Assembly (NCBI GenBank): GCA_965112155.1
Contig: OZ218112.1
DNA from: Podarcis liolepis
Lineage: Eukaryota
Reading direction: 5' to 3' (one strand)
Length of the DNA: 64,000 bases
Shown here: one piece after another, positions 50,823 through 64,000 of the stretch
Layout of the letters: each line of letters starts with the position of its first letter
Numbering within the stretch: position 1 is the first letter of the stretch
Translations under genes and position numbers: made by a program
Notes under the pieces: generated by a model
Told to the model about the DNA's origin: nothing
Seen by the model: the letters and a program-made list of their open reading frames with translations, nothing else
The model's database searches: none

Positions 50823-53800
50823 CTGTATATGTATACCTGCCATTTAATATTGAAGTTCATGCACCTGACAAAGCGGATTCAAGTCCATTGCAACTTTTGC
50901 CATCATAAATTTGCAAATCCTGAAGATGCGACACGTTTTCCCTGCAACACAAAGTAACACATCTACTGCTTTGGAAACTGAATAAACATAGAAATGTAGC
51001 GAGCTGGCTTATACCAAGTCTGACTATTGGTTCTTCTCTTTCAATGTTATCTATACTGACTAGCAGCAGATCTCCAGGAACAGGTATATAGGAATTCTGC
51101 TGTTGTGGCTTCTGATGCCACGCCTCCCTGAATAATGTGTGACTTGGAATACAATTATCCTACAGATTTCACACTCCTAGTGGTGTAGCAGTAAATTATA
51201 AAGCACAGGAGCTCATAATGATGGACCCTATAGCCATGTCCCCATGGAGAGTCCAAAATGAAGGCAACTGTGTTGCTCAGTGTATGAATATACATATACA
51301 CACACTACAAAGAGCAGCAGTGCATAGCAATGTCCTCAGTTTATTAGGATCAGCTGACAGTAAAAAAAGACATTTGTTGAATAAAATCAACATAAAAAAA
51401 CACTGAACTTTAACCAAAGATCTTCAGCAACCTGAAATGAAATGCAACCTTTACCTTTAATTAGATATGAAAATAATCTGGCAAAAAAGTGTTGCTATTA
51501 AATCAGCTATTCTGAAGGAGAGATCCCATCAAATAAAAGGGAAGAAGAACCTAGCCTCTGTTTGACTATTTTCCTTGTACCCTGACTTCCTCCATGCTGA
51601 TTTGTGACCAACACTAAGAAAATATGAATGTCTCATCACCTCATTCACCTCCCTCGATTACCCAGGCACCCAAGCAGAAAACATGCCCTGAAAAAAACCT
51701 CCTGGAGCTTCCCCCTTCTGTGCTCCCCCTCCAGTACATCACTGCTTGCTTTTTTGAATTTTGCAATACAAATTTCAGCTAATAAAATGCACAAAAATGC
51801 ATTTTAATGTGTGTTTTTTTAATAAGCTGCCTTTAGAAATGTATACAATGAGACACAAGATGCACTTAAATATATATTTTGCTATAAAATACATTTAAGT
51901 ACAAATTGTAATAAAATGTTAAATACAAATTCTCTTATGGGTGTTTCTGTTGAATAGATTACTGTGGAAATGAAATAAGCTAATGACTGAATACATCCCA
52001 AATTGGTACAAGTCAGAAATAGACTGATCCATTCGACCCTAACTAGAAAACTGGGGCTATCGTTGATAAATGGGTGCAGCTGGGGCGTGCACAGATCCCG
52101 GTTTCAAAACAACCACTACCACTGGGTCATGCTTTCTTCTTTAAACTATTTAGGAAGGTGAAGGAAAGAAAGTGAAAACAGGCTGCTTGGAAAGAGCAGA
52201 TTAAAGGTCCCCATAAGAAAATGGCTGCAGCTACATGACAGATATCATCTCCTGCTCCATCAGCATTTGCCAGCCGCCAGGAGTTTCTCCCTATTCCGAC
52301 TTGTAAGTTCTCCCTTTACGACTTCCCATTCTCCTCTGCAGCTTTTTGTCAATAGGCCATAAATCTGAATACATTTGCAAGTCTAATACTGACTCTACTC
52401 ACAGCGCTTCTCGCTGTATTGCCTCCCAAGTGCCCATTATTGTTTTAAATTTGTACTTACATACTGTATGGGTTTGCAGCTTGCATTACTCATTGGCATG
52501 CTGCCCTAGGAGGAAACACACAGCATTTGGTGGCATATAGACTTTCATGTGGGAATAGCAACCAATATAAATCTAGATCAGGCTCCTAAATCAAACAGGG
52601 ATTCGGTTCCAAATAATGACTGCACATTATGCAGCCAGAACATGCACACATAACACCCACTCGCACTGCTCTTAGATTGAAACAGCATCGCTGAAAAGTC
52701 TGCATCCGTTCTATGCTTCTACTCTTGTTTTGAAAAATGCCTGGCTTGATAGGCATAACATTTGGGCTTTTCTAAACAGCAGGAGATTTTGGAGGCACTT
52801 TCTACTGCCTTTAAACACCCATGCTGGCAACATCCCAGTGTCAAAGTATTATCTCTTGTTCCTTCAAGGCACATTGTTTTGTTTCAAGGCACCAAAGCAC
52901 CAAAAATACATCTTTAGTGACCTGTCAATGCACAAGAAATGGAAAGCAATGTGTTCCGAAATGGCAGGTTAAGAAAAAAAATTGTGTCTACCTCCAAGCC
53001 TATCACTCCAAAACCGTACTTCCTGTGGCTTTTGATGGATTTGTAATGTGGCTTTGATGTTTGCAAATACCTCCAACAGAGGATTTCAAATTATTTCATG
53101 TGTTTCATTTTCAATATGCTACCGTTGGCAACGCATAAAGAACACATGGAAAGGTGTGTGAATTGCAAAAGATAGAGGCTGTTTAACTCTCTAAGATCCA
53201 TCCCAGATGTACAGCCCTAACTCAAGAGCAATATGCTTCCAGATACTCAGAAGATCATATGATCCCTTATAATTTCTCAACATAAAGTCAGGAAAGACAA
53301 GAACCTGCTAGAACATTTACGGGAAAGCAAGGAAGACAAGATACATTGATATTCACAAGAATATATTTCAACTCATATATAGGGTGCGGGGTTAATGGAT
53401 ATGCCAATCTTTCGTGAGGGTTGAGAGGAAGAATTATAATTGGCCCTGTAAAGGATAGAGCCTAGGGTGATAGTCTTGCTAATATTCCGTAAGAATTGGG
53501 AATGGTAATATCCCATAAGAACTTTTTCTCAACACCTCTGGAATTAAGAAACAAGACATTGTAATTGGGCTGGCCTATGGGTCATGTCTGATCTGCAATT
53601 TAATAGCTAGTTAATATGAACTTCACCTACTTCAGTGCAGGTAAATTTGCTGCCAGCGTGAGAGTTAGCAGATGGCATCTATTGCTGCTCATCTTATGTG
53701 GGTAACGAAATTCAGGTCTAAGCACTGAGTTTACAATCTAACAAAACAATATTTGCTTTTCACTATCCCAGCGACTTTATTGTGTGTTAAGGAGGATGCG

Positions 53801-55301
53801 TCAATGTCATCAGCCTTGAGCCAGTGCATGTTATGCTCAATTTATTTTATTTAAAGGCATTTATAAACTACTCTTTTTTTTTTAATCTAAGCAGTGCAGG
53901 GGCCATCAGGGCCTGGAAGGGGGAATGTTTCCATGCTTCAGATCGCTTTGAGTCATTAAACTATGAAGGATCTATTGGAATCTTCCTTCATAATTTTGAT
54001 GCCTTGATGTGTTCAATCATGTCTCTTAAACCTTCCTTACACTCACAACTAAATCCGCCATATGTCTTGGGTTCAAACCCTGGCATCTGCAAGTAGGCAT
54101 GGGAGACACTGCTGTCTGAAATCCTGGAGAGCTACTGCCACTCAATATAAAGACAATGCTGAGTTAGGTGGACTTGTGATGTGACTCAGAATCAGAAGGC
54201 TTTTTATGTTCCTGTCCTAAAGAGCTGCTTCCAGTCAGTGGAGACAATACTGAGCTAGATGGACCAATGATCTGACTCAGTGTACGTCAGCTTCCTATGT
54301 TCCTACATCCTTCTCTGTCAAAAGCCAGATTGCAGGGCAGGTTTCTTCCCAGACCTGCAGCATAAAAGAGGTGCCCCTTATATCAACACCACCATACCCA
54401 TACCTGACTGGGAAGCACGGGCCTTGTGCAGATGACCCAGTTTATCTGCCCACCTCTCTTATTCTAAGGAGAATAAGGGCAAGATCCTGGCCCCACACAA
54501 AACAGCCTGGGAACACCATTCCCTATACTGGTTGTGATGATAGAACAATGTGATATGAATATAGTAGCCTCAGCCATTTTCATCTGTAGGAAATAACTAC
54601 AAATTCTGGTGTACTGAAAACCATAATCTGTACAAATCATGACCTGCATTAGCCCGAAACATTGAGAAGAAGGCAGTTTTGGAAGGCAATTTCTTTAGGA
54701 TCAAAATAGCTTTCACATGTGTGGATTTATTATGTAGCTTCAGTAGATGAGTAATGTCAAAGTACTTATGGAGATGTCATTTAATTGTCTGCCTTTGTTG
54801 CCCGAGGGAGGAATCTCTCTAATAGAGGTTTTTACAGCTTTTTCTTTTCATCACACTGATACTTTCTCTGTCTGTCTGAACTTTGAGTAACCTGTATCCA
54901 GGTCAGTGGGACAACTGAGTGACTATTAAGAGATGGTAGAGAATTATTGATTTAGATGGTTTTGTGCACAGAATTTGGTGGTTGTGACTCAAATAAACTT
55001 TGCTTGCATCAGACACCCCCTTCTACTAAGTGATTACTTATGTCCCAGTCAATTGTACATTGTCGGTGTGCAGTAGATTCCACAATCTGTTGTGCAACAA
55101 AGTTTTCAGCAATCCATTTATGCTTTCTCATGTGCAACAATGTTCTGCTCATGCAGAACAAGTATACAGCTAAATGGCTAATTTAATTTAGCACTACATT
55201 GGATACACCTTTATAAGTGTATACTATATGTATAATATAATACGTATAATAATATATGTAGTAATGCATATAATTTGTAAGATTAGTTCATTTTTTGGCA
55301 G

Positions 55302-55601
55302 AAGCAAGGTGGGGGACATCCTTGTTGTTGAGATTAAGATCAGAAGGGGGGGATCGATGTGGATAAGCTTGACATCAAGATCTTTAGAAAATTCCATCCC
55401 TAGTGAAGATGAGAGCACCACTCCATCCCTGAAACAGTTCTGCATGTACACAGTAAGGAAGAGAAGGAAAGCTTCTATTCAACCTTTGGCCATCCCTATG
55501 ACAATCTCTTCATGCACAGACATTGAGCCTGTAGCAAACTGGTTTATGCCCTTGTTTTTTCTGAAGCGGTCTAATGGAAAATGGACTCAATTGTTCAGTG
55601 G
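55302..55601 (+). other. Candidate internal exon (300 nt, phase 2-2, open frame) of an unidentified transcript
   Basis: Acceptor ttcattttttggcAG, donor GG|GTAAGA; 99 uninterrupted codons. The peptide is not recognised. Confidence 0.2.
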
Positions 55602-55694
55602 GTAAGAAATCCATGCATAGACACTGGTCAATGGCAAAATATAGCACTTATTCTGAAACTGCTAGTCTGAATCCACTTAATCTACATAGTTGTT

Positions 55695-56047
55695 GGGACC
55701 CGGGTGACGCTGTGAGCTAAACCACAGAGCCTGGGACTTGCTGATCAGAAGGTCAGCGGTTTGGATCCCTGCAACGGGGTGAGCTCCCGTTGCTTGGTCC
55801 CTGCTCCTGCCAACCTAGCAGTTTGAAAGCACGTCAAAGTGCAAGTAGATAAATAGGTACCACTCAGGCAGGAAGGTAAACTGCGTTTCCGTGCTGCTCT
55901 GGTTCACCAGAAACGGCTTAGTCATGCTGGCCACATGACCCGGAAGCTGTACGCTGGCTTCCTCGGCCAATAAAGCGAGATGAGCTCCACAACCCCAGAG
56001 TCGGTCACGACTGGACCTAATGGTCAGGGGTCCCTTTACCTTTACCT
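55695..56047 (+). mobile_element. Full-length Sauria SINE
   Basis: GGGACCCGGGTG head, (ACCTTT)n tail, 12-bp TSD TACATAGTTGTT. Confidence 0.93.
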
Positions 56048-56144
56048 TACATAGTTGTTAAGATAGCATTAGATAGCATTATTCAATTATTGTCCCCAGT
56101 TATGAGATTGCCAATGTTTCTGGCAGATCCTTAAGTGTATAATT

Positions 56145-56480
56145 TGTCACACAGCAAAGTCAAAATGCAGTCTTCACATTAAATGAATAAAACTTTACTG
56201 AGGCAAAACATACTTCTTTGCAAACACATAATGTGGGAGAGCAAGGTAAAACAGAAGAAGATTAGACTACACTAGAGAGCACACATTGAGCCCACTTGTA
56301 TTTATCCTTTCTGGCTCCATGTGTCTTCCTGTAAAAGATACAATATTTGTACAAGGAATGAGTCACCTAGAGGATGAGTCAGAGTGAGTCAGCTAGCTAA
56401 ATGAGTCTGCACTTTTCAGCATTTTTCAACACTTTCTACACTTTACTGCTTCTGCTCTCAAAGACTTTTGTCACATGACA
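56145..56480. mobile_element. Probable solo LTR
   Basis: TGTCA...TGACA inverted termini; flanks TAATT/TAATC (5-bp TSD with one mismatch). Confidence 0.6.
56359..56408. promoter_or_regulatory. Homotypic AP-1 (TRE) motif cluster
   Basis: TGAGTCA at 56359, 56375 and 56385, plus TGAGTCT at 56402. Function not shown. Confidence 0.5.
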
Positions 56481-56706
56481 TAATCAAACCATGGGTGGTG
56501 ATTATTCTCCTTGAGTAACTAATGGGTTGCATCCAGTGCAGCGTTTACTAACTCATTCTGTCAGCACAAGGATTTACATTTGTGCAATGGAAGTTTCCCC
56601 CTTTATTTGTGCCACTCACTCCTAAATCTGTTCTGTGGTTTCCCACAACTATTTGGAGCAGCTCTGGGGAGTAAGCGAGGTAGGGTTCCATTGCCCAATG
56701 TCCATA

Positions 56707-57003
56707 CAGTGGTGCCCCGCAAGACGAATGCCTCGCAAGACGAAAAACTAGCTAGACGAAAGGGTTTTGCGTTTTTTGAGTCACTTCGCAACATGAATTT
56801 CCCTATGGGCTTGCTTCGCAAGATGAAACGTCTTGCGAGTTCTTGCGAGTTTGTTTCCTTTTTCTTAAAGCCGCTAAGCCGTTAATAGTCGCTAAGCCGC
56901 TAATAGCCGCTAAGCCGCTAATAGCCGTGCTTCGCAAGACGAAAAAACCGCAAGACAAAGAGACTCGCGGAACGGATTAATTTCATCTTGTGAGGCACCA
57001 CTG
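56707..57003. mobile_element. TA-target MITE related to family A
   Basis: TIR CAGTGGTGCC.C / GAGGCACCACTG; TA TSD; internal CGCAAGACGAA and GCCGCTAA repeats. Confidence 0.88.
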
Positions 57004-57205
57004 TATGTGCAATTTTGTCACCTGTTCAAAGTAGAGTTAATTACACCATAAGAGGGCAGAAGGAACACACACATGCTCAGTCTGCTGCTTTCGAGGGTCC
57101 TATAAGGTGCAGGGAGCATCCACAGATACAAATGGGTGGCCTTGCATGCATTGGAGAGCAACTAAAATAGCAATGGAGGGGGCATAGCTAGCATTCTCAT
57201 CCCTG

Positions 57206-57208
<3 letters not shown>

Positions 57209-57266
<58 letters not shown>
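57209..57266. repeat. Compound (TC)n(AC)n microsatellite
   Basis: Direct reading. Confidence 0.95.
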
Positions 57267-58358
57267 CTTTAATTAACCTCCTTTGGAATGCGTGGACTAT
57301 TTATTTCCCAGGTTCCTATTTCTGTACACATTATTTACATTCCTTCCCAATAGTATGATAGCATGTGAAATGGGACCTATTGTGTCAAATAAACAAATAG
57401 TTGCTTAGCATTTCCTGCAGGCCAGAGCATTTCTCCAGATAGGATTTGGGGATACAATGCAGGAGCATTTTGCGTATAAAAAGCCTATTTATTAGGAGAA
57501 TAAATGTGTCAGTCGTTTATGTCCCTCTTGTAGATAGCCTGCTGGATTAATGTAAACTTGAAATAACAACATCAAAAGTGACCAGAAGAAGCTTTTCTTT
57601 GTCTTAGCATGGGGGGGAAAGAAATGAATGAAGGGATTGTGAAAAATTGCTAGTCATTCTCCATGAATAGAAAGCCATGATGAGACTCCGTGCTATTTAC
57701 CAACTTAACTGCAAAGTACCTCATTAGCCAGCTTGGAATAGACAGGAGATTGCATTAGTTCTTCTGACAATATATTGCCAAACTGTTTTAAGATTGCTGT
57801 TTATCCTTCTTGTAAGGCTGGAGACCACATCAATCCCTTACGTTATGACCAGGTGTGTGTCATAAAGAGCCAGTCATTGTAAAATTTTATTGAGTCAGGT
57901 GCTAAGAAGTTCATGAGGAAAATGCAAACACCAAACATGAAACAAGAAGCTGTACTTCCTTCTCCCAAGTACCAAAGCTAGGATTTCTATACACTCTGCT
58001 TCTTGTTTGTTACTAATCCATAAAAGTGATTATCATCCTAGTAAAGAAATGTTTGAACAAGCCATTTCAGATTACAAAAATGTCACCTGGAAGGGTGGCA
58101 GCTCAGTGGTACAGCATGTATGGGTAGATGGGAAAGACCCTGGAGAATTGCTACCAGTCACTATGGATAGCACAGAGCTAGATGCATTACTTAGTCTGAC
58201 CTGGTATAGGACGGGTTCTAGGTTCTATCACTAAGGAATTTAAAGACCACAATCCCATTATACTTATATGGATGGATATATTAGGGATGGTGGAGATACT
58301 GATTCTGTTAAAATGTTGATGAGAAACAACTTAATTTGTACTTCTCTAACCAGTAGGC

Positions 58359-58701
58359 GGGATGCGGGTGGCGCTGTGGGTTAAACCACAGAGCCTAGGA
58401 CTTGCCGATCAGAAGGTTGGCAGTTCGAATCCCCGCAACAGGGTCAGCTCGGTCCCTGCTCCTGCCAACCTAGCAGTTTGAAAGCATGTCAAAGTGCAAG
58501 TAGATAAATAGGTACCGCTCCGGCAGGAAGATAAACGGCGTTTCCGTGTGCTGCTCTGGTTCACCAGAAGTGGCTTAGTCATGCTGGCCACATGACCCGG
58601 AAGCTGTACACCGGCTCCCTCGGCCAATAAAGCGAGATGAGCGCCGCAGCCCAAGAGTTGGTCACAACTGGACCTAATGGTCAGGGGTCCCTTTACCTTT
58701 A
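58359..58701 (+). mobile_element. Full-length Sauria SINE nested in an older AT-rich repeat
   Basis: Head GGGATGCGGGTGGCGCTGTGG, B-box AGTTCGAATCC, 13-bp TSD CTAACCAGTAGGC. Confidence 0.93.
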
Positions 58702-60175
58702 CTAACCAGTAGGCAATCAGCAAAGCTGCACTTTGCTGAATTTTGCAAAGCAGTTCTTCAGACAAATAAGGTGTACAAAAATACATGTGTTAGGGAAAAC
58801 TCTCCACATGTTCGTGAAATTATCATACAAAATTGTGTTAGAGAAAATTTCTTGCAAAGAAATGTTATATTAGTCCAAATGGTGTATATATTAGGAGAAA
58901 TACACACTAAAATGCAAAAAATAATAATGTATATTTCTTTTTTAATCACAAAACTGCTGCATATATGTGAACTGAATTTAAGACTGGGAAACTGAAATTG
59001 ACAGATTTGTCTATTTTTTCTGTGCGTGTGTGTCTAGGTATGTATGTAATATTAACATATGCATTATTGAGGGGGGGATATTTCCCACCTTTTGATCCAA
59101 TTATCCTCAAGACAGCTTATAGCAGATTGCCATGAACAAAATGTGATTGCTCTCAGATTTGCTCGGGTACAGACTGGATGCTCTACACACATTAGCAGCC
59201 TTACTTTGTCCTCTGTCTTAGTTCGATTAGCTCTTTTCTTGTCTTTTCTCCCAAATTCCACTTTCAGCCCTCCACTGTCTCATCCCAGTCCCATGTCTTT
59301 TTCTTCAGTCAGGTAATCCCTTGGGAACAAACAAACCTTCCTTTATTTGACTTGCACCTTCTAGCTGCTCCTCCAGGGACTGGGAGTCCTGGAAATTTGG
59401 AGGCTTATAATACGGATGGTTTTCACAAAAGGAGACTGGTTCAGTCAGGTAAATGAGGCACTGCCACACCAAACTCAGTCTGCCCTTAGCCAGCCCTCAC
59501 CTACCTTCTTACTTACAGCCAGTCCATGGGAGTGGCTCTGGCTATCAGCTCCCGCCACCTTCCAGTGTTGCCATTATAACAGCTTCAGCCTACCCATAAG
59601 GCAAGGTGAGGCAACTACCTCAGGTGGCAGGATCCACAGGGACAGATCTGGGCTCCAAGGAATGCATCGCCCACTGCTGCTGTGGTGGCAGTGACGGCTG
59701 TGGTATGCTCCTCAGCAGCCTCTCCCCCATGATGCCTCTACAGTGGCGTCTTGGCAAGTAGGAGGCACTGCTGGTTTATCATCTTTGTTCCCATTGTAGA
59801 TCTTTATCCCCTCTTGTTCCTGATGTTGTTATCCCTTCTGCCCTGGTGGGAGGGGAGGGGACTCAATTTTGTGGTTTGCCTCAGGTGCCTGAATGTCTTG
59901 GGCCAGCTCTGTATTATAGAACTCACCAGGGGCAAAAGTAGGACTGATTGGCTCTGCTTGTCATTGGTTCTGACTCCAACTATTGTTGGGTTCTCTGTCT
60001 TCCACCCCAGCTGTCTCAGTGGGCAACCAGACAGCACTGATTCTCACCTTCCAGGGAAAGGCTATCACTCATGTAGGAGGCTTCAAACTCAGTCTCTTTG
60101 CTACTAGGCTACAACCAGCTCTGCACTTTCTGAGAACATGAAAATCTCATCATGTTGCAAAGATCATTTTAAAAA

Positions 60176-60177
60176 TA

Positions 60178-60221
<44 letters not shown>
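60176..60221. repeat. (AAT)n microsatellite
   Basis: Direct reading. Confidence 0.95.
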
Positions 60222-61583
60222 GTTAAAAGCAATGAACGTTCCATATGTTCCCAAGGCTTTGATAGAGTCTTGATCTTATGATTAATTTTGCTTCATCAGC
60301 TCCGTGCATCATGTACTATATTTACAAGAGACCAACCCCACTGTCTGATGGAAAGATATTGAGGGCAGAACTAGACATAAAGATAGCTCTGCATTATTAC
60401 CATTATCTTGATAAAAGAGCAGGGACACACAGCCTGCCTGTCACAATTAGGGTGATAAATGTCTTGTTCTTTGAAGCTTGTTTGAAAGTCAATTATGCAG
60501 ATTATTTTGAGAATACAGACAGATGGTCTTTTCCCCCTTATGAGACAATCAAGTTGAACTTTGATATGTGCATAAAAATGCTATAATTTGTCAGGCTCCA
60601 ATGGGGCCGCTTTATCACACATCACCCAAGGACTCCATGGATCGTTATATTTAGTCCTTCTCTACTGTCATAACTGGCGCTCTATTTTTTCAACAAGAGC
60701 AACAACAAAAATCAGAATATTTCATCTCTAATTGGAAGCTTTGCTACATTTCATACAGAAGCCAAATATTGATCTTACACTCTTGAGCTTCAGGTTTTGA
60801 TTAACGCTGAAGGTTGGCAAGCTAGCGGCTTTTCCTTGGTATTCTGCTAATTTTTAAAATTATTCTTCTTTGCTTGCTGCAGTAAATCTTTCTTTTTATT
60901 GTCCAGCCACTGAAAACAGGGGAGCAGGGGTGGATTGATCCAAAAACCTGAATAATTCACAAGGCAGGCCTTTACTGGAAAAGCCTAATGCAACAGTGAC
61001 CTTCAATACCACTCCTGACCATGCTTTCTTGCCAAAGGAACTGTAATTCTGACATTTTAATGGTGGTTTTAATGGCTCAAAAGCTTTGAGGGGATTATTT
61101 TCAAGGCGTGCATTGACTCCAAGAAAAATACATCCCTGTTGGCATGATTACAAAACAATGGCCCTGATCCAGAAATGTGATGCACTGGAGAAGATGCTGC
61201 CCCCAGTCCAACTAAAGAGATGCACTATTATCACTGTCAGCTCTGACAACTGTGATGCCCTTTGGTGTTTGAGAAGGGAAAGAAGATATGTCAGCATTGT
61301 TCAACATTTGGAATACTAATTTATCCAGCTCATGATCCTCTCCTCCATTGAAATGAAAGCGCCAGTTATCCCAAATTTATGCATCTCCTGAAACTTTCAG
61401 TGCTGCAACAGCAGTACTACAGAACCCCTGGGAATGTGATTTTTCCAGGGTGTTCAAGTCCTGGGCTGTCCTGTATGGACAGCAGGCATCCTGGAAACTA
61501 TGCTGTTTAGGACGTTTTACAGCTGCAGTATTGCTTGGGATGTGCTGCTATCACTGGGCTAAATAAGTGTGAAGATAATGAGT

Positions 61584-62304
61584 GTCAGAACAGGGTATGG
61601 GATAGAACGTAGTACAGGGAAGTTGAGGGGAATTTGTGGTTAGTGCTTGGAACTACCCGGGTGAGTGGAGGTGGCACAACATTGCCCACTACCTCATTTC
61701 TGTGGGATGTAATCCACTGGGAGCAGTCAAATACAACATTCCTTTTTTAGCTAGAGTAGACATGCAAGGGAATGTTTGGTCCAGCTAGTCGATACTCCCT
61801 GTTCCTCCTGGCCTGGAGCATCATTCCTTGCATGTGACTAGTAGGTGGGCGTGACCTTTCCAGACCTGGTAAAAGGCCAAGGCATGCTGCCATTCTCTCT
61901 CTCTCTTTTCCATCTTCTTTTCGTACTGCGAATTCCCTGGTATGAACTGCTGGCTGCCAGCCAAGCAGTCCCCCAGGTTATCTCCCTTATGTAACTTTAA
62001 CCGTAAAGCATGCCTTCAGGGATCACACTGCGCTGTGCCTGATCATGAGTAAACTTTATTTTTATTGCTTATGAATAAGACTGTGGTGTCTTTATTCTTT
62101 TAGGAGGGGTTAACAAGGGGAATTTACCAGGAACATATAATTCAATCTGAAGGAGATTGAATTGCATAATAGTAGGAGGTTCTAATGAGCCTGCAACCAG
62201 ATTTCTGCTGTTCATGAGAAGGGGGATGTAAATTCTGCTAAGTAAAGGAACTTGCTAGTGCAAGTTAGGAAGGATATTAATAAACAATATATCCTCTCCT
62301 GACA
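61584..62304 (+). mobile_element. Possible LTR remnant
   Basis: TGTCAG...CTGACA termini and LTR-like internal composition; no matching TSD. Confidence 0.35.
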
Positions 62305-64000
62305 CCCTGAAAATTCTCAAAATTTCCCCATTTCTCAATCCCTCTTTCCTTGTAAGCTGCAGTGACTCCTATGCCAGATATACCAAGGGTGACAGCAGCA
62401 CCCCTCCTAATCAGAAAAAGCTGTCTTCAAACCTTAAACTCTTCCTTCCCCTCCCTAGAATGGAGTAAAACAGAAGAACATAAATAGATTACTAGCTGGA
62501 GCCTGACAGCCAGTCTCAACAAACAAACAAACCTAATGATGCTTGCCTCCAGCAACACTGCTTAGCTGGCCACACTTGCTGTGACCCTCAGTATATCTTT
62601 AGCAATAACTTTGGACATCATTGACCCATAGCTTCAGCTGCATATCTTGACATTGCTGGTCATGACTAAATTTAAATAAACAGATTTCAAGTATTTGTTC
62701 ACTGGAAAATAAACGTTCAGACTTGAACTTCCATCTTGAAAATCCATTAAACCTACTGAGTGCAAGGTTCACTGCAAATATTTACTTCACTTCTATTCAT
62801 ATTTGTTTATTTGTTTGCTTTATTATATTCAACACATACACAATACTGAACAGGAATGTGCTGTCAGCCAACACGGACATCATTCATTAGTGGAGTCTAT
62901 GGAAATATTTAAAGCAAACAATCACAGGGTTGGAAGGGGCCAAACACAGAAGTTCATGGCTATCTTATTGTTCAGTGAGGCTAATGGTGTGCTCCATTGG
63001 AACGTCTGCTATTTCTTGTCGCATAAAAGCTATTGTTGAAATCACTATTATGCATTGTTGTAACATCGAGTGACCGAACACAGTATTACAACACTAAGCA
63101 AATTGGAGGGAGGGGACCACCTACATGTTCCAAGCCACAGATGTTTTCCCACTTACAATAGGTGTCACAACTATCTGCAGACAAATCCAAATAGTCAAAC
63201 ACAAAAAAGAAGTTGTGGGTGTCTTATAAACCTACTCCAAGTCTTCTGTGAATTGGCTTCTCACTTGCTAGAATTTGCCCACTCACGAAGCCTGAATTGG
63301 ATGGGGATGTTGGGGGGGGGGAGGGAGACATAAGCCTTGAGAAGTGATGGGTATGGGAGGAGACAGCATATCACTGTGGAGATTCTTGGGTAGACTCTCC
63401 AGAGCAATTTTTGGTGGCCGCCAAAGCCCCACAACAATTTGGTTTTCTTTTAATTAAAAAAAATGACCATCAGATGGTGCTGTAGAGCATTACTAGCATA
63501 CTGGGGCGGGGGACACACCTCTATTCCACCTATGCAAAATTATCCCTTCTCCCCTATTGTTCATAGGTTGGTACCGCTGTTTGAAGTTTTCGGCTACAGT
63601 AATCAGTTACTGGTACTTTTTTATTATACATTATCCTGTTTCTTCTCTATAATAAGATCCTTGAAATGAGTCCTATCTAAAGAAGGGCCCACTTTTTACA
63701 TAAGAGACAACTTAGACTGTTTGATGGCACGTTTGTTTTTTTCCAAATGGCCTGATGGCACATCTATTTTTTCCAAATGGCCTTATGTTCAGATAAGTAC
63801 AGGGAAACAGGAAGTATGTCTAGGACAAATAGGGATGATCCAGGCTTTAAAGCAGTTTTCCCCAACAGCTTACGTTTGTTTGGGGAGCCATAATTGAATT
63901 GGTGGTGACAGTGCTTGCAAACAAATTAAATTTCTGAATGGGAATCTGGATGCTTAAAAATAGTAAAAATGAGACAGACATAGAGAAAGAACATTGGAGT

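Noticed and set aside
63723-63782. ~30-bp tandem duplication, and an 11-bp triple at ~43732-43764
   Set aside because: Ordinary slippage duplications with no further structure.

Overview
Eukaryotic, gene-poor, repeat-rich vertebrate DNA. The repeat repertoire (Sauria SINEs, Bov-B, L2, CR1, L1, RTE, DIRS-type, Penelope-like, TA-target and hAT MITEs) points to a squamate, most likely a lacertid lizard (inference). Positions 1-~11100 are a GC-rich satellite of ~87/~100-bp monomers, each carrying up to three inverted-repeat stems and arranged in mosaic higher-order blocks. The array runs into ~600 bp that contains diverged monomer-like sequence and then into a decayed DIRS/Ngaro-type retrotransposon ORF1 (gag; 11720-~13230), which is fused to an antisense L1 RT fragment. 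The rest is a TE-strewn intergenic or intronic stretch with one assembly gap (49884-50021). No intact host protein-coding gene is recognisable. Highlights: (1) a structured satellite apparently derived from the leader of the adjacent DIRS-type element; (2) a perfect 252-bp, zero-spacer Penelope-like palindrome inside (TA)n, carrying mirror-image minimal hammerhead motifs; (3) a 1.63-kb TA-target non-autonomous DNA transposon nested in a Sauria SINE, carrying a minisatellite and cargo with splice signals; (4) a solo LTR with an AP-1 site cluster; (5) one candidate 300-nt symmetric exon and several blocks resembling conserved non-coding elements. All calls were made by eye with no database searches. 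Family names are pattern-based and some boundaries are approximate.
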